Source: a virus (taxonomy: Duplodnaviria > Caudoviricetes). From it: a stretch of 49,759 nt of DNA. Both the position numbers and the translations under genes were made by a program. The stretch spans positions 1 to 49,759 of the IMG/VR virus record IMGVR_UViG_3300020161_000762; one strand, given 5' to 3'. Numbering within the stretch: the first letter of the stretch is position 1; each line of letters starts with the position of its first letter. Under the pieces are notes generated by a model that saw only the letters and a program-made list of their open reading frames with translations, did not search any database and had not been told where the DNA came from. This document shows, piece after piece, positions 11,329 to 19,855 of the stretch.

Positions 11329-14220
11329 TTACTTCTCCTTTTTGGTTGGTTTCTTGGTGACTCCACCGGCTCTCATCTGCTCGATGTTCATCTGTTGTTG
11401 CCGGTCCATCATCTTGCTCTGCTGCTGGTTTTGGTTCTGCATGCTAGCCATGCGAGCCTGGTGCTCCATGTCCATCATCTGGTTCTTCTGCGCCTGTTGC
11501 GCGTCGATAGCCTGCTGCGTAGCCTGAGCCTCTTGCATGAACGCCTCGCGCTCGGCCTGTATGCCGTGCTTTCTCATGTCCGCGTCCGCCATGTTGATAG
11601 CGTCGATCGCGGACATGTTCTGCTCGTGCGCGAGCTGTGCCTGCATCGCGTCCATCTGGGCGCCGGTTTGTACCTGGGCGACACGCTCCCGTGATGCGTT
11701 GTTGATGTTCGCGAGCGCGACGTTCGTGGAGTTCTTCTGGTCGTTGATTTGGTTCTCGGTCTGGAACTTTGTGACGAGCTCCTGCACCTTGCGCTCCAGC
11801 TCGGCCACCTTGAGTTGGTAGTCTTGCTGGTGCTTCGCCATCTCCTGCTGGAGCCTTGCTTGGGACTCGTCCGCCTTGCGCTTGGTCTCCGCCATCTGAG
11901 TCTTGAGGATGACCTGCGCCGTAGGATCCTGAGCCGCCATCTGCTCCATCTTCGCCTGCTGTGCCTGCTGAACCTTTTGAGCGAGCTCTTGTATCGCGGG
12001 CTGCGCCGCTTGGAATGTCTCTTGCGCGTCCTGCGAGACCATCTCCGCGGCCAGGGACAGCGCCTGCTGATCTTCCAAAGTGAGCGGGCGCTCCTCGAGA
12101 AGCTTTAGCTTGTCCTCTCCGCCCGTAGCCTCCGCGACGTACGCGCGCATGGACTGCAAGTAGTGAAGCGTTAGGTGCTGCTTGATGTGCTCCAGCGCGT
12201 GGGGCGCGAATGTGGGGCCAATGAGTGGGCTGCCACCGTAGTTGGGGTCTTGAGCATACGCCAAGTGTACCTTGATGTGCGCTAAGTGATCCTGACCTGG
12301 GTAGGCCGCCGCGGGGCGACCCATGGACATTGCAACGTTCTCCAGGGCAGGATTTGACTCCTTAATTCCTTCTGGATCTGGCAAGATCTCGTTGATGGCC
12401 GGTACTTTTAGCTGCTTCAAAACCCTCCGGTGTGCAGCCCGAAGGTCGTACATCTGTGGAGCAGAGTTAGCCATCTGCAACACAGCCTGTGCCTGCGCGA
12501 GTCGTTGTGTCTCCGAGAAAATGTTAGGGTCGGAGACCGGTCGCACGTCATTGTTGGACGCGAAGTCGCGGATCTCAATCTCTGTCCCCGACTGGTTGTC
12601 CATCTCTTCCAGGTACCAGTAGTTGATACGAGAAAGAATTTTAAGTGATTTTGCTTGCGCTCTGTGAAGACGGGCGTGGATGCTTGAGAATACCTTCGCG
12701 CCCTGCTCAATTAGTGCCTGGGTGGTGCCCACTGGCGTGTTAGCGTTTGCATCACCAATCTTCTCCTCGGCCGTCGTAACAACGCCCTTCGCGGCGTCGG
12801 TGAGCCAACCAAGTAAATTAAACAGTACAGTTGACGGTGGGTTGAACGGTAACGGCATAGCCAACTTGCGGATGTCATCCACGCCGGGGGCACCTTCAAT
12901 CTCAAGAACCTGTGTAGGCTCTATCTTGTCGCTCTGTCCGGAGATTCTTCCTCCTTTGAGCCGAAGCATTGTCTGGCTGTTGTTAATGTGCGCTGCATCA
13001 AGTAGGGCACGTAAAGAGCCAGTGAGAGCAGCGCTAAGCCCACCAATGAGGTGAGGTAAACCGATGGCATAAGCGCCGCGCCAAGGAATAAACTTAAACT
13101 CAACCATCCAATCCATCTTCGAGCGACGATCATCGCCAGCCTCCCAGTTTCTGTAGAGCGAGAGCACCTTGTTGGTGGTCTCGTCGATGGACATAATGTA
13201 GGGCGCGCGTGCGCCGTCTGTTTCTTTGTCGTCGCTCAGACGCAAGAAGCAGGTTACCTCGTACACGCGGCGAACGCCGTCTATGTTTTTAGATGGTGCG
13301 TCCTTGCCCTCAACCTTGTCGTTGGCCTTAGAGGAGCGGGTCTGCTTGTCAAGCTCCATCTCGTCAACGGTGTACACGTCAATGTCGCGGTAGTACCCCT
13401 GCTCAACGCGCTGCTCGTACGTGTCCTCGGTGATGTCCTGGATCTCTGTGATACGCGGCGACGTGTAGAAGTTTGTGCTCGAGTAAGGCAACAAGATGTT
13501 ATCGATCGGGATCCACTCGCACGTTGGCCGTCGTTGCTCTCCATCGTAGCGCCACTTCAGGTACTGCGAACCACCCAGCGGGATCTGTGTGAGCATCTGC
13601 TCCATCTCGTCCCGGAACTCTTCAACCTGCTCGGTGAGCTGCCAGTTCATGAACTGGACCTTGCGATCCGCGGTGTCTACCTGCTTGCGGTCTGACTCGC
13701 CCTTGATCTCAGACTTGACAATGCCCTCGGGCGGCAACAACTCACGGGCGCTGGACGCTGCGAAGTCAACGCACGCCTCCGCCATGACCGGGTGCACAAC
13801 CTTAGACGCGCCATCAAACGTCGCACCGCCGGGTGCGTCGTGGCCGAGTCCTGTTCTGCGAATTCCTTCTTCGTACTGCTTGTCGCGCTCCTTGCGAGCC
13901 TCCTGGTCGATCTTGATGAACTCCAGGTAGTCGTTCGACAAGTTCTCCAGCACGTCATCGTCCAACTCTTCTGCGAGGTTGGCGTAGAAGTCGGGGTCCT
14001 TAAGCGGGCCCTCGGTGGGCTTGTAGTTAACAACGACCGAGCCGTCCTCCAGCTCGATGAGCTCCTCCTCTGCCTGGCCGGGATCAAGATCAAGAACGTC
14101 TTCGATGTGCTCGATCTCTTCCTCTTGCATGAGCGCTATCTCTTCATCCTCGCGGGACTTGAGATCTAGCGCGCCGAGGGTGTTACCCTGCTGAATTGGC
14201 AGCTGCGGTTGCTGGGCCAT
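11329..14220 (-). CDS. Portal protein (P22-like) with long Gln-rich coiled-coil C-terminus
   Basis: 963 aa; VHPVMAEA, MNWQL, PVGTTQALIEQG..VFSSIHARLH motifs; downstream of TerL. Confidence 0.85.
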   Translation of the reverse strand: MAQQPQLPIQQGNTLGALDLKSREDEEIALMQEEEIEHIEDVLDLDPGQAEEELIELEDGSVVVNYKPTEGPLKDPDFYANLAEELDDDVLENLSNDYLEFIKIDQEARKERDKQYEEGIRRTGLGHDAPGGATFDGASKVVHPVMAEACVDFAASSARELLPPEGIVKSEIKGESDRKQVDTADRKVQFMNWQLTEQVEEFRDEMEQMLTQIPLGGSQYLKWRYDGEQRRPTCEWIPIDNILLPYSSTNFYTSPRITEIQDITEDTYEQRVEQGYYRDIDVYTVDEMELDKQTRSSKANDKVEGKDAPSKNIDGVRRVYEVTCFLRLSDDKETDGARAPYIMSIDETTNKVLSLYRNWEAGDDRRSKMDWMVEFKFIPWRGAYAIGLPHLIGGLSAALTGSLRALLDAAHINNSQTMLRLKGGRISGQSDKIEPTQVLEIEGAPGVDDIRKLAMPLPFNPPSTVLFNLLGWLTDAAKGVVTTAEEKIGDANANTPVGTTQALIEQGAKVFSSIHARLHRAQAKSLKILSRINYWYLEEMDNQSGTEIEIRDFASNNDVRPVSDPNIFSETQRLAQAQAVLQMANSAPQMYDLRAAHRRVLKQLKVPAINEILPDPEGIKESNPALENVAMSMGRPAAAYPGQDHLAHIKVHLAYAQDPNYGGSPLIGPTFAPHALEHIKQHLTLHYLQSMRAYVAEATGGEDKLKLLEERPLTLEDQQALSLAAEMVSQDAQETFQAAQPAIQELAQKVQQAQQAKMEQMAAQDPTAQVILKTQMAETKRKADESQARLQQEMAKHQQDYQLKVAELERKVQELVTKFQTENQINDQKNSTNVALANINNASRERVAQVQTGAQMDAMQAQLAHEQNMSAIDAINMADADMRKHGIQAEREAFMQEAQATQQAIDAQQAQKNQMMDMEHQARMASMQNQNQQQSKMMDRQQQMNIEQMRAGGVTKKPTKKEK

Positions 14221-15575
14221 TATTTGTAACCTTCCATGACTGATCTGTAACCAGGCGTTGCTTGGTCCTCTGAGTACTCGTACTGCGGACGGTGCCTAGC
14301 CTCGCGCTCGTCCATCAACTCCTGTAGCGCGCCGATTCCCATGGACGCTGCGCCGGGGATCATCCCAACGACTGGCATCATGGAGGCTGCGTCGAGCGCT
14401 GTCATCGCGCCAGACATCGCCGCGCCACGGTAGTCGCCCTTTGAGAGTCTCTTGCCCGTGTCGTGAGCGCTCATCGCGGTCATCGCCGCGCCAACTGGGG
14501 GCATCGCGCGCTCGAGCACCTTGGTGCCGAACCTTGCGGCCTTGCTGCCGCCGATCTTGTCCATCGCCCGACCCGCGCCCTTCTTTGCGGCTCTTAGGTA
14601 GTCCTTCATGCTCAGACGTGATGGCTCACCACCACGCGTGATCATCTCGGCTTGCATCTCGTACGGTGAGAGCACCATACCGCCAACGTCATACTTCTGA
14701 GGGCGCAAGGTGGGTACCTCTCCTTGTTGCATCTTCAGCTCGTCCATCATGTAACCGGGGTAGTTCGATGGCATGTCTTGTATTGCGTACTCAGGAACTC
14801 CCTCGGCGCGTGCGCTCTCCCTCCAATCTTTCATGCCCTTGGCGGTGCGTGGCCGCTCACCAAGAACGCCAAGACCTTTTTCGCCGTACTGGTGGCGCAG
14901 TGGGTTGTACGCGGAGATGAGCATCTCAAGCTCCTCATCCGACGGGTACCGTTTGTTCTTCTGAAAAAACTCAATTTTAATTTGGTCGATCATGGGCACC
15001 TTGCCACTAGCAAGCGCGGCGTTCTCTAAACCTGTAGACGTGCGAGCGATCGCGTCGGACGCTGGCGTCACAGACTGCGACGGGTACATGTCATCCAAGC
15101 GACCGGCGCCCTGCGCTTTCTCGATGCTCTCAACAACGTTAGGGTCGCTGATCTCCATGGTCTTGGGTCGTAGCATCGTGCCACGAGCGCCACGCCCAAG
15201 CATTGCGCGAGATAAGAACTCGTCGGGCGCTGTCTCTGGGTTGAAGTTCTTGGTGATGCCTCGCTCGTTAACAACGGGCGATGTGGCTCTTAAGTTAGGG
15301 TCTGTCGCAAGAGCGTGCGTAGCTCTTGCCTGTGTCTCGGGGTCGTGCTTTGGCACGAAGGGGCCCTTGCTTAGCGAGCGAGCGTATTCGTGCAGCGCCT
15401 TCACATCCTCAGGGCTGGGTGGTGAGCCAGTTTGCTTGGTGTAGTCGGAGATTGCCTTCGTAATCTTCTTGTAGATGTCGGGGCCAATCTTTTGGACGCG
15501 GCCAACATTGGCGTAGCCCGGTAGTATACCGGACATCTCGAATAGCATCTGCCGTGGTGTTTTGATTGGGTTCAT
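14220..15575 (-). CDS. Hypothetical virion/internal protein
   Basis: 451 aa between TerL and portal; YDVGG motif; Gly/Ala/Met-rich hydrophobic C-terminal helices. Confidence 0.6.
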   Translation of the reverse strand: MNPIKTPRQMLFEMSGILPGYANVGRVQKIGPDIYKKITKAISDYTKQTGSPPSPEDVKALHEYARSLSKGPFVPKHDPETQARATHALATDPNLRATSPVVNERGITKNFNPETAPDEFLSRAMLGRGARGTMLRPKTMEISDPNVVESIEKAQGAGRLDDMYPSQSVTPASDAIARTSTGLENAALASGKVPMIDQIKIEFFQKNKRYPSDEELEMLISAYNPLRHQYGEKGLGVLGERPRTAKGMKDWRESARAEGVPEYAIQDMPSNYPGYMMDELKMQQGEVPTLRPQKYDVGGMVLSPYEMQAEMITRGGEPSRLSMKDYLRAAKKGAGRAMDKIGGSKAARFGTKVLERAMPPVGAAMTAMSAHDTGKRLSKGDYRGAAMSGAMTALDAASMMPVVGMIPGAASMGIGALQELMDEREARHRPQYEYSEDQATPGYRSVMEGYK

Positions 15576-15597
15576 TATGAGTTATGGTCTCCCTAGT

Positions 15598-15611
15598 ACC
15601 ACTCATGCACA
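15598..15611 (-). promoter_or_regulatory. Putative phage promoter motif TGTGCATGAGTGGT
   Basis: Consensus match upstream of the portal operon. Confidence 0.5.
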
Positions 15612-15629
15612 AAAATCATAAATTTGTGC

Positions 15630-17066
15630 CTACTGGGCGTATGGGTTGACCCTGGATCTCTTGTCGTCCGCGTACCCATAGTCCCTGGGCGGCAGGGGGT
15701 CGAGCTGCACCCATCCAGAGTCTCGGAGCACCCGGAGCGCCTGGGAGAGGCTGTCCACGTAGTCATCGTGACCGCCAGACTCCGGGAACGAGCACACCTG
15801 GCGCAGGAATCTCTTCGCCCACGCCGCAAACTCGCCAGGATTCTCTGGGTCCTCGGGTATGTACACCTTGCCCTTCGCGATCAGCGGCGCGACAATGTTC
15901 AGGCGCTGCACCTTGTCCGCCTTGCCAGGGTTGTACGCCCTCACCGGTATGTTGGCGCCCTGCAACTCTTGCACCAGGGAGATACCAGCGGACTTGTCCT
16001 CCATCAAAATAAGGTCCGCCTTCCTTCCCTTCGCAAATGTCTGGTCCGAGCCGTACACCACCTCCTTGAAATCCGCGACGACCTTCTTTCGCAGCTCGGG
16101 GTACGAGAGGTGCGTGTCCCACGCGTCCAGTAGCATCAGGCACGTCCCAGCGTCAGGTCTCTCAAACACGCCCCACACCTCGCAAGCGGTCGGGTCGTTG
16201 TGCGTCTTCTCCGAGGTCGCCGGGTCGTAGCTCGCAATCACGTACTCCAGGGTTGGGGTCTCCTGCTTGGCGGGCCACATCTTGAACCACTTCCGCTTGA
16301 TGATGCCGGCGTCCTCAGGGTTAAGAATCTCCCCGTAGATCTCCTGCTTACCAAGGTCGGTGCCCTCGTAGGTCTCCAACTGCTTGAAGAAGGTGGAGGA
16401 CAGGTTCGCCTTGTTGTCGTAGGATGAGGCGTTCACCACGTACACCTCGCCACCGATCTTGCCCTCGTTCAAATCAACGATCAGCTCCTTGGGCTTGGGG
16501 GTGGTGGTGACAATCTGCTGGACCCGGGGTATGGCCGGGTCTTTCAAACGCATTGTGAACTGCACCTGGTCGTACGCGTCGTCGATGTACTCGAACGCGC
16601 ACAGCTCGTCAAACCACCCGCCATGGAACTGCTTACCCCGGTACCGCTCTGGCTCGGATCCTGGTATGCCCTGGATGATAGATCCGTTGATCAGGGTGAT
16701 CTCCAGCATCTGCTTGTTGTAGTCCTTGATCAGCGAGGCGGGGATGATGTGCAACAGGCCCGAGTCCCCCTCGAAGCACGTCGCCCGGATGTCGTTCGAG
16801 GTCGGAGCGGTCACCAACCACCGAGTGTTAGGGTACTTCCACGCCCGGATACCAATCCAGTGGCTCGCGGTGTGGGTTTTACCCGATCCGCGGCCTGCCA
16901 ACATCAAAAACGTGTCATAGTCGCCGTCCTCGGGCTCTCTTTGGTGCGGGAGCGCCTCAATCTCCCACCGAACCTGCCACAGCGCCGCCTCCAGCTCGTG
17001 CTTGGGCCAGTGTTTGTTGTTTTTTGCAAAGTTTGCAAGTATTTTCTCTTGTTCCGGTGTCAGCAT
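15630..17066 (-). CDS. terL: Terminase large subunit
   Basis: Walker A AGRGSGKT, Walker B WFDE, TTTPK motif, nuclease SYDPA...HDDYVDSLSQA. Confidence 0.95.
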   Translation of the reverse strand: MLTPEQEKILANFAKNNKHWPKHELEAALWQVRWEIEALPHQREPEDGDYDTFLMLAGRGSGKTHTASHWIGIRAWKYPNTRWLVTAPTSNDIRATCFEGDSGLLHIIPASLIKDYNKQMLEITLINGSIIQGIPGSEPERYRGKQFHGGWFDELCAFEYIDDAYDQVQFTMRLKDPAIPRVQQIVTTTPKPKELIVDLNEGKIGGEVYVVNASSYDNKANLSSTFFKQLETYEGTDLGKQEIYGEILNPEDAGIIKRKWFKMWPAKQETPTLEYVIASYDPATSEKTHNDPTACEVWGVFERPDAGTCLMLLDAWDTHLSYPELRKKVVADFKEVVYGSDQTFAKGRKADLILMEDKSAGISLVQELQGANIPVRAYNPGKADKVQRLNIVAPLIAKGKVYIPEDPENPGEFAAWAKRFLRQVCSFPESGGHDDYVDSLSQALRVLRDSGWVQLDPLPPRDYGYADDKRSRVNPYAQ

Positions 17067-18031
17067 ACCGCCAAAAACCCCTCCTCAACCAAAAATGGGC
17101 GCTCGGTTAGCACGTGAGCGCACTGCTTGGGTGTTATTTTGTTAATTTTTGACAAAAACCGGTACAAATTGCTAGGTTTTTCCCTGTTTTTGTAAAATTC
17201 CAGGGTAAAGTACCCCCTGGTCTCGTGCTTTAGCAGCCTAGACCGGTACCCGAGCGACTCGACCAGCCCTTGAAGCTTGCGGATTCGCACCCAGGAGTGC
17301 TCCACTATCTCGACGAGGTCCTTTTTTGCGCCGTAGCCGTCCAAGAACCCGTCGAGCAGCTGCTCCCTTTGCTCTGGTGACGCGCTCATGTAGCTAAACG
17401 GTACGGAATCCGGCGCGCCCTCGCCATAAACCGAGAAGCTGGTAGCCAGCGGGGGCCGGAACTCCATGAGCGTGTCCCCGTTTTTGTGCCTGCGGGTGAC
17501 GATCGAGTAACCGTGCTCCCTCGACCTGGCCCTCATCCGCTTGATGTCGTGCTTCTCACGTAGCCAGTGACGCTTGGTCGGGCTGAGCGTAGCCAGGAAC
17601 ACACCCACAACGTAGGGCGGGACGGGAAGGTCAACCCACGAGTACTTGACCGGCAGCGTTGTTGGTAGTGAGTACTCACGTCTGCCATCCTCCCTAGCCA
17701 AGGATTCACGAGATAACTCATGAACGCTCTTCTTCTTGAGCGGGCGCTTCATGCTCTTCCTCGCGCCCTTCTTGCCACGGTTCTTCGCCCAGCTCCCGCG
17801 CCTGTCCCTCCAGGTCTTGTCCTGTAGCTCAAAGCTCATGTGCCGGTCGCCGCGCACGGCCACCCCATCGTGGAAGCTAGCCTCGTAGCACTCAGCGGGT
17901 ATGTAGAGCTGCACCCCCTTCACCGGCTGCGGGTTACCCTCGACGTCGAAGACCACGTGCTTCGTGGTGAGAGCGTGCGCTCGCACCCAGCCCTCGGTGG
18001 TAGGCACCGGGGTGTCAGAGGTCACGGCCAC
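17060..18031 (-). CDS. Free-standing Hint (intein-like) protein with degenerate LAGLIDADG-type insert
   Basis: N-terminal AVTSDTPVPTTEGW...VFDVEGNP..V (intein block A-like); LPVPPYVVGVFL and REQLLDGFLDGYG (endonuclease blocks); C-terminal FLVEEGFLAVC-stop. Confidence 0.7.
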   Translation of the reverse strand: MAVTSDTPVPTTEGWVRAHALTTKHVVFDVEGNPQPVKGVQLYIPAECYEASFHDGVAVRGDRHMSFELQDKTWRDRRGSWAKNRGKKGARKSMKRPLKKKSVHELSRESLAREDGRREYSLPTTLPVKYSWVDLPVPPYVVGVFLATLSPTKRHWLREKHDIKRMRARSREHGYSIVTRRHKNGDTLMEFRPPLATSFSVYGEGAPDSVPFSYMSASPEQREQLLDGFLDGYGAKKDLVEIVEHSWVRIRKLQGLVESLGYRSRLLKHETRGYFTLEFYKNREKPSNLYRFLSKINKITPKQCAHVLTERPFLVEEGFLAVC

Positions 18032-18215
18032 GCTTCTTCCTCTTCCTGTTGCGGTCCATCTTGGTGGCGTGCGCCGAGCTGCTAGGGGACAGCCAGATCT
18101 CCTTGAACGTCCCGTCCGCCCTTAGCACCTTCGTGTACGCAAAGAAAACAAACCCGTCCTCCCGCGTGTCGCCACGGTGGAACCTTTCGCCTGTGATTGG
18201 GTTGACTCGTCTCAT
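18015..18215 (-). CDS. Small hypothetical protein, first gene of the leftward arm
   Basis: 66 aa basic ORF preceded by the promoter-like motif. Confidence 0.55.
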   Translation of the reverse strand: MRRVNPITGERFHRGDTREDGFVFFAYTKVLRADGTFKEIWLSPSSSAHATKMDRNRKRKKRGRDL

Positions 18216-18221
18216 CTCTAT

Positions 18222-18235
18222 ACAACTAATACAAA
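18222..18235 (-). promoter_or_regulatory. Putative phage promoter motif TTTGTATTAGTTGT
   Basis: Consensus match 6 nt before the ATG at 18215. Confidence 0.5.
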
Positions 18236-18256
18236 CTTCATTGAAATCCTATGCAA

Positions 18257-18335
18257 CCGGCAAAAATTGCCGGTTTACCAGGTTGGTCGCACTTTGCCGA
18301 CTCATTCCAGGGTCGCCGGCAAAAATTGCCGGTTT
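18257..18335. repeat. Two copies of palindromic CCGGCAAAAATTGCCGGTTT (18257-18276, 18316-18335); variant GCGGCAAAATTTGCCGC at 18536-18552
   Basis: Read directly from the sequence. Confidence 0.85.
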
Positions 18336-18336
18336 G

Positions 18337-18459
18337 CTGCACAGGTTGCACAGGTCGCACAGGTCTAAGTCCACCTACTCCTTTTCTTTTTTTACTCATG
18401 AAGAAAAAAGAGAATAGGTAAGTGGGTTTAGACCTGTGCGACCTGTGCAACCTGTGCAG
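18337..18459. repeat. 123-bp palindromic element, copy 1 (origin-like)
   Basis: Perfect 32-bp inverted arms CTGCACAGGTTGCACAGGTCGCACAGGTCTAA (3x GCACAGGT) around an A/T-rich core. Confidence 0.9.
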
Positions 18460-18463
18460 GAAG

Positions 18464-18480
18464 TGCACCAAAGTAGTGCA
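18464..18480. promoter_or_regulatory. NtrC-like box TGCACCAAAGTAGTGCA
   Basis: Matches the 17-bp TGCAC(C/T)A-N3-T(G/A)GTGCA consensus. Confidence 0.45.
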
Positions 18481-18694
18481 CGTTTCGGATCTGTCTCTAT
18501 ACCTATTAGCTGATTTTTTGCAAAAATTTTTGCGGGCGGCAAAATTTGCCGCAATAGTAGAGCGATCGCTGGGTTGAGTGGGGCCCCCGCCCCCACCCCC
18601 CTGGTACCCGCGAAGGGGTGACCGACATGCTCGAAAGGGACCCTGCCAATATGCCTGTATGCGCATATAAGCATGTTGCGGTGCACAACGCCCC

Positions 18695-18877
18695 AGTGAG
18701 CGCACACTAACATGCCAATAGCGCGGAGTGAGCGCTTGCTAACATGGTGCGGTGCACCACCCCCAGTGAGCGCACGCTAACATATTGCACTGCAACAACT
18801 GGGCAATGTATGCGTGTATCCGCATATAAGCATATAGGCATATGGGCGCGCGGGCTAAGTAAGTGAGCGCTCACATT
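18695..18877. repeat. Four AGTGAGCGC(A/T)Y(A/G)C operator-like repeats (SlmA-site / TetR-like)
   Basis: 18695-18711, 18727-18743, 18765-18781 and 18859-18877; the last contains the perfect palindrome GTGAGCGCTCAC. Confidence 0.6.
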
Positions 18878-18891
18878 GGCAATAACCCCTA

Positions 18892-18951
18892 GCAAAAATC
18901 GTGCCAGCGAGCCAATTGGCACGCTAATTGCCCTAGCAAGAATCGTGCCAG
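18892..18951. promoter_or_regulatory. Three consensus sigma54 (-24/-12) elements
   Basis: CTGGCACGATTTTTGC (-, 18892-18907), TTGGCACGCTAATTGC (+, 18916-18931), CTGGCACGATTCTTGC (-, 18936-18951). Confidence 0.7.
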
Positions 18952-19000
18952 CGCGCGCAAATTCCCACAATGCGAAACGCTCAGATCGGCGCGTAGGCAG

Positions 19001-19009
19001 TTATCCACA
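19001..19009 (+). promoter_or_regulatory. Perfect DnaA box TTATCCACA
   Basis: Exact R1-type consensus, single copy. Confidence 0.5.
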
Positions 19010-19129
19010 GGGGGGCCAGGGGGTAGGTAGCCACCTGAGCACGAGGGCCACTGAGGCGCGATGCGCGCGCGACAGAGCCATCGCGGGCAGGGCGTGATTA
19101 GTGCACCAGTGCCCGGAGCGGCGCCCATA

Positions 19130-19246
19130 TTTCGCATGGTGAAAAGTAGGGGTAAAAAACCAATAGGGTGATACACAACACATGCGAGCCACCCCGTTTC
19201 GCATGGTGAAAAGTAGGGGTAAAAAACCAATAGAGTGATACACAAC
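19130..19246 (+). repeat. Two 50-bp direct repeats containing AAAAGTAGGGGTAAAAAACCAA (putative early promoter module)
   Basis: 19130-19179 and 19197-19246 differ by one base; the core recurs at 20326-20347 and 22229-22250. Confidence 0.8.
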
Positions 19247-19260
19247 CAAAGGAAAACACC

Positions 19261-19485
19261 ATGGACGACAATTTAGGAATGGCTGGTAAATACAACGTCT
19301 ACCGTTGCGAAGACAATGCCGGGTTTTATTTCGAGCACGAACAGTATGGCGACGAGCGCTCTGTCCGGGTCAACATTGACCCAGCGACCAAGCAGGCCTT
19401 TGACTACGAGGGCATGTACGAGGTCCCGGCGACGTGTTTGGAGTGGCTCCGCGCCAACGGCGTGGACGTCTCAGACGTCGAATAA
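19261..19485 (+). CDS. Early hypothetical protein
   Basis: 74 aa, AAGGA RBS. Confidence 0.65.
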   Translation: MDDNLGMAGKYNVYRCEDNAGFYFEHEQYGDERSVRVNIDPATKQAFDYEGMYEVPATCLEWLRANGVDVSDVE

Positions 19486-19488
19486 TCA

Positions 19489-19538
19489 GCACTACTGATG
19501 AGGCCTGAGTGGCCGAAACCCCTCCGGGGGTCTAGTGC
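19489..19538 (+). ncRNA. Type I hammerhead ribozyme 1
   Basis: Stem I GCACUA/UAGUGC, CUGAUGA, stem II GGCC-ugagu-GGCC, GAAA, stem III CCCC-uccg-GGGG, GUC; predicted cut after 19532. Confidence 0.9.
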
Positions 19539-19559
19539 AAACAACCAAGGAGAAACAGC

Positions 19560-19781
19560 ATGACAGACTTCGCACAAAAAACAATCGACGGATTTAACTG
19601 CGAATTCACGGACGAGTGGGGCACGACGTCCGTGATGATTCAAAAGGGGCGATTCTGTTCGTCGCTGGACTTCGCCGAGATGCACGGCGAGATCCTCGAC
19701 GACTTCAACGGCACGGCCATACCAGTGAGCAGTCACAGCCTCGCAAGGATTCAGCGCTGGGCCGATTCGCTGGGGTATTGA
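19560..19781 (+). CDS. Early hypothetical protein
   Basis: 73 aa, AAGGAG RBS. Confidence 0.65.
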   Translation: MTDFAQKTIDGFNCEFTDEWGTTSVMIQKGRFCSSLDFAEMHGEILDDFNGTAIPVSSHSLARIQRWADSLGY

Positions 19782-19784
19782 TCA

Positions 19785-19834
19785 GCACTACTGACGAGGC
19801 CTGAGTGGCCGAAACCCCTCCGGGGGTCTAGTGC
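19785..19834 (+). ncRNA. Type I hammerhead ribozyme 2
   Basis: Same as copy 1 except CUGACGA; predicted cut after 19828. Confidence 0.9.
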
Positions 19835-19855
19835 AAACAACCAAGGAGCCACACC

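Noticed and set aside
17064-17090. Canonical -1 slippery site fusing the intein-like ORF to TerL
   Set aside because: GGG TTT TTG is not in the X XXY YYZ phase; the upstream GAGGAG more likely serves as the terL RBS.
18655-18670. LexA box
   Set aside because: CTGT half is present but the right half is ATAA rather than ACAG.
18862-18877. lac operator / vector contamination
   Set aside because: Only the GTGAGCGCTCAC core matches; it belongs to a local repeat family and no vector sequence flanks it.
19085-19092. KOPS motif GGGCAGGG
   Set aside because: A single 8-mer is expected by chance in GC-rich DNA.
18650-19250. Possible CRISPR array
   Set aside because: Repeats are short, of several families and irregularly spaced; no cas operon.
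18238-19295. ORFs called across the divergence region
   Set aside because: No RBS, overlap the repeats and translate to repeat-derived sequence; treated as non-coding.
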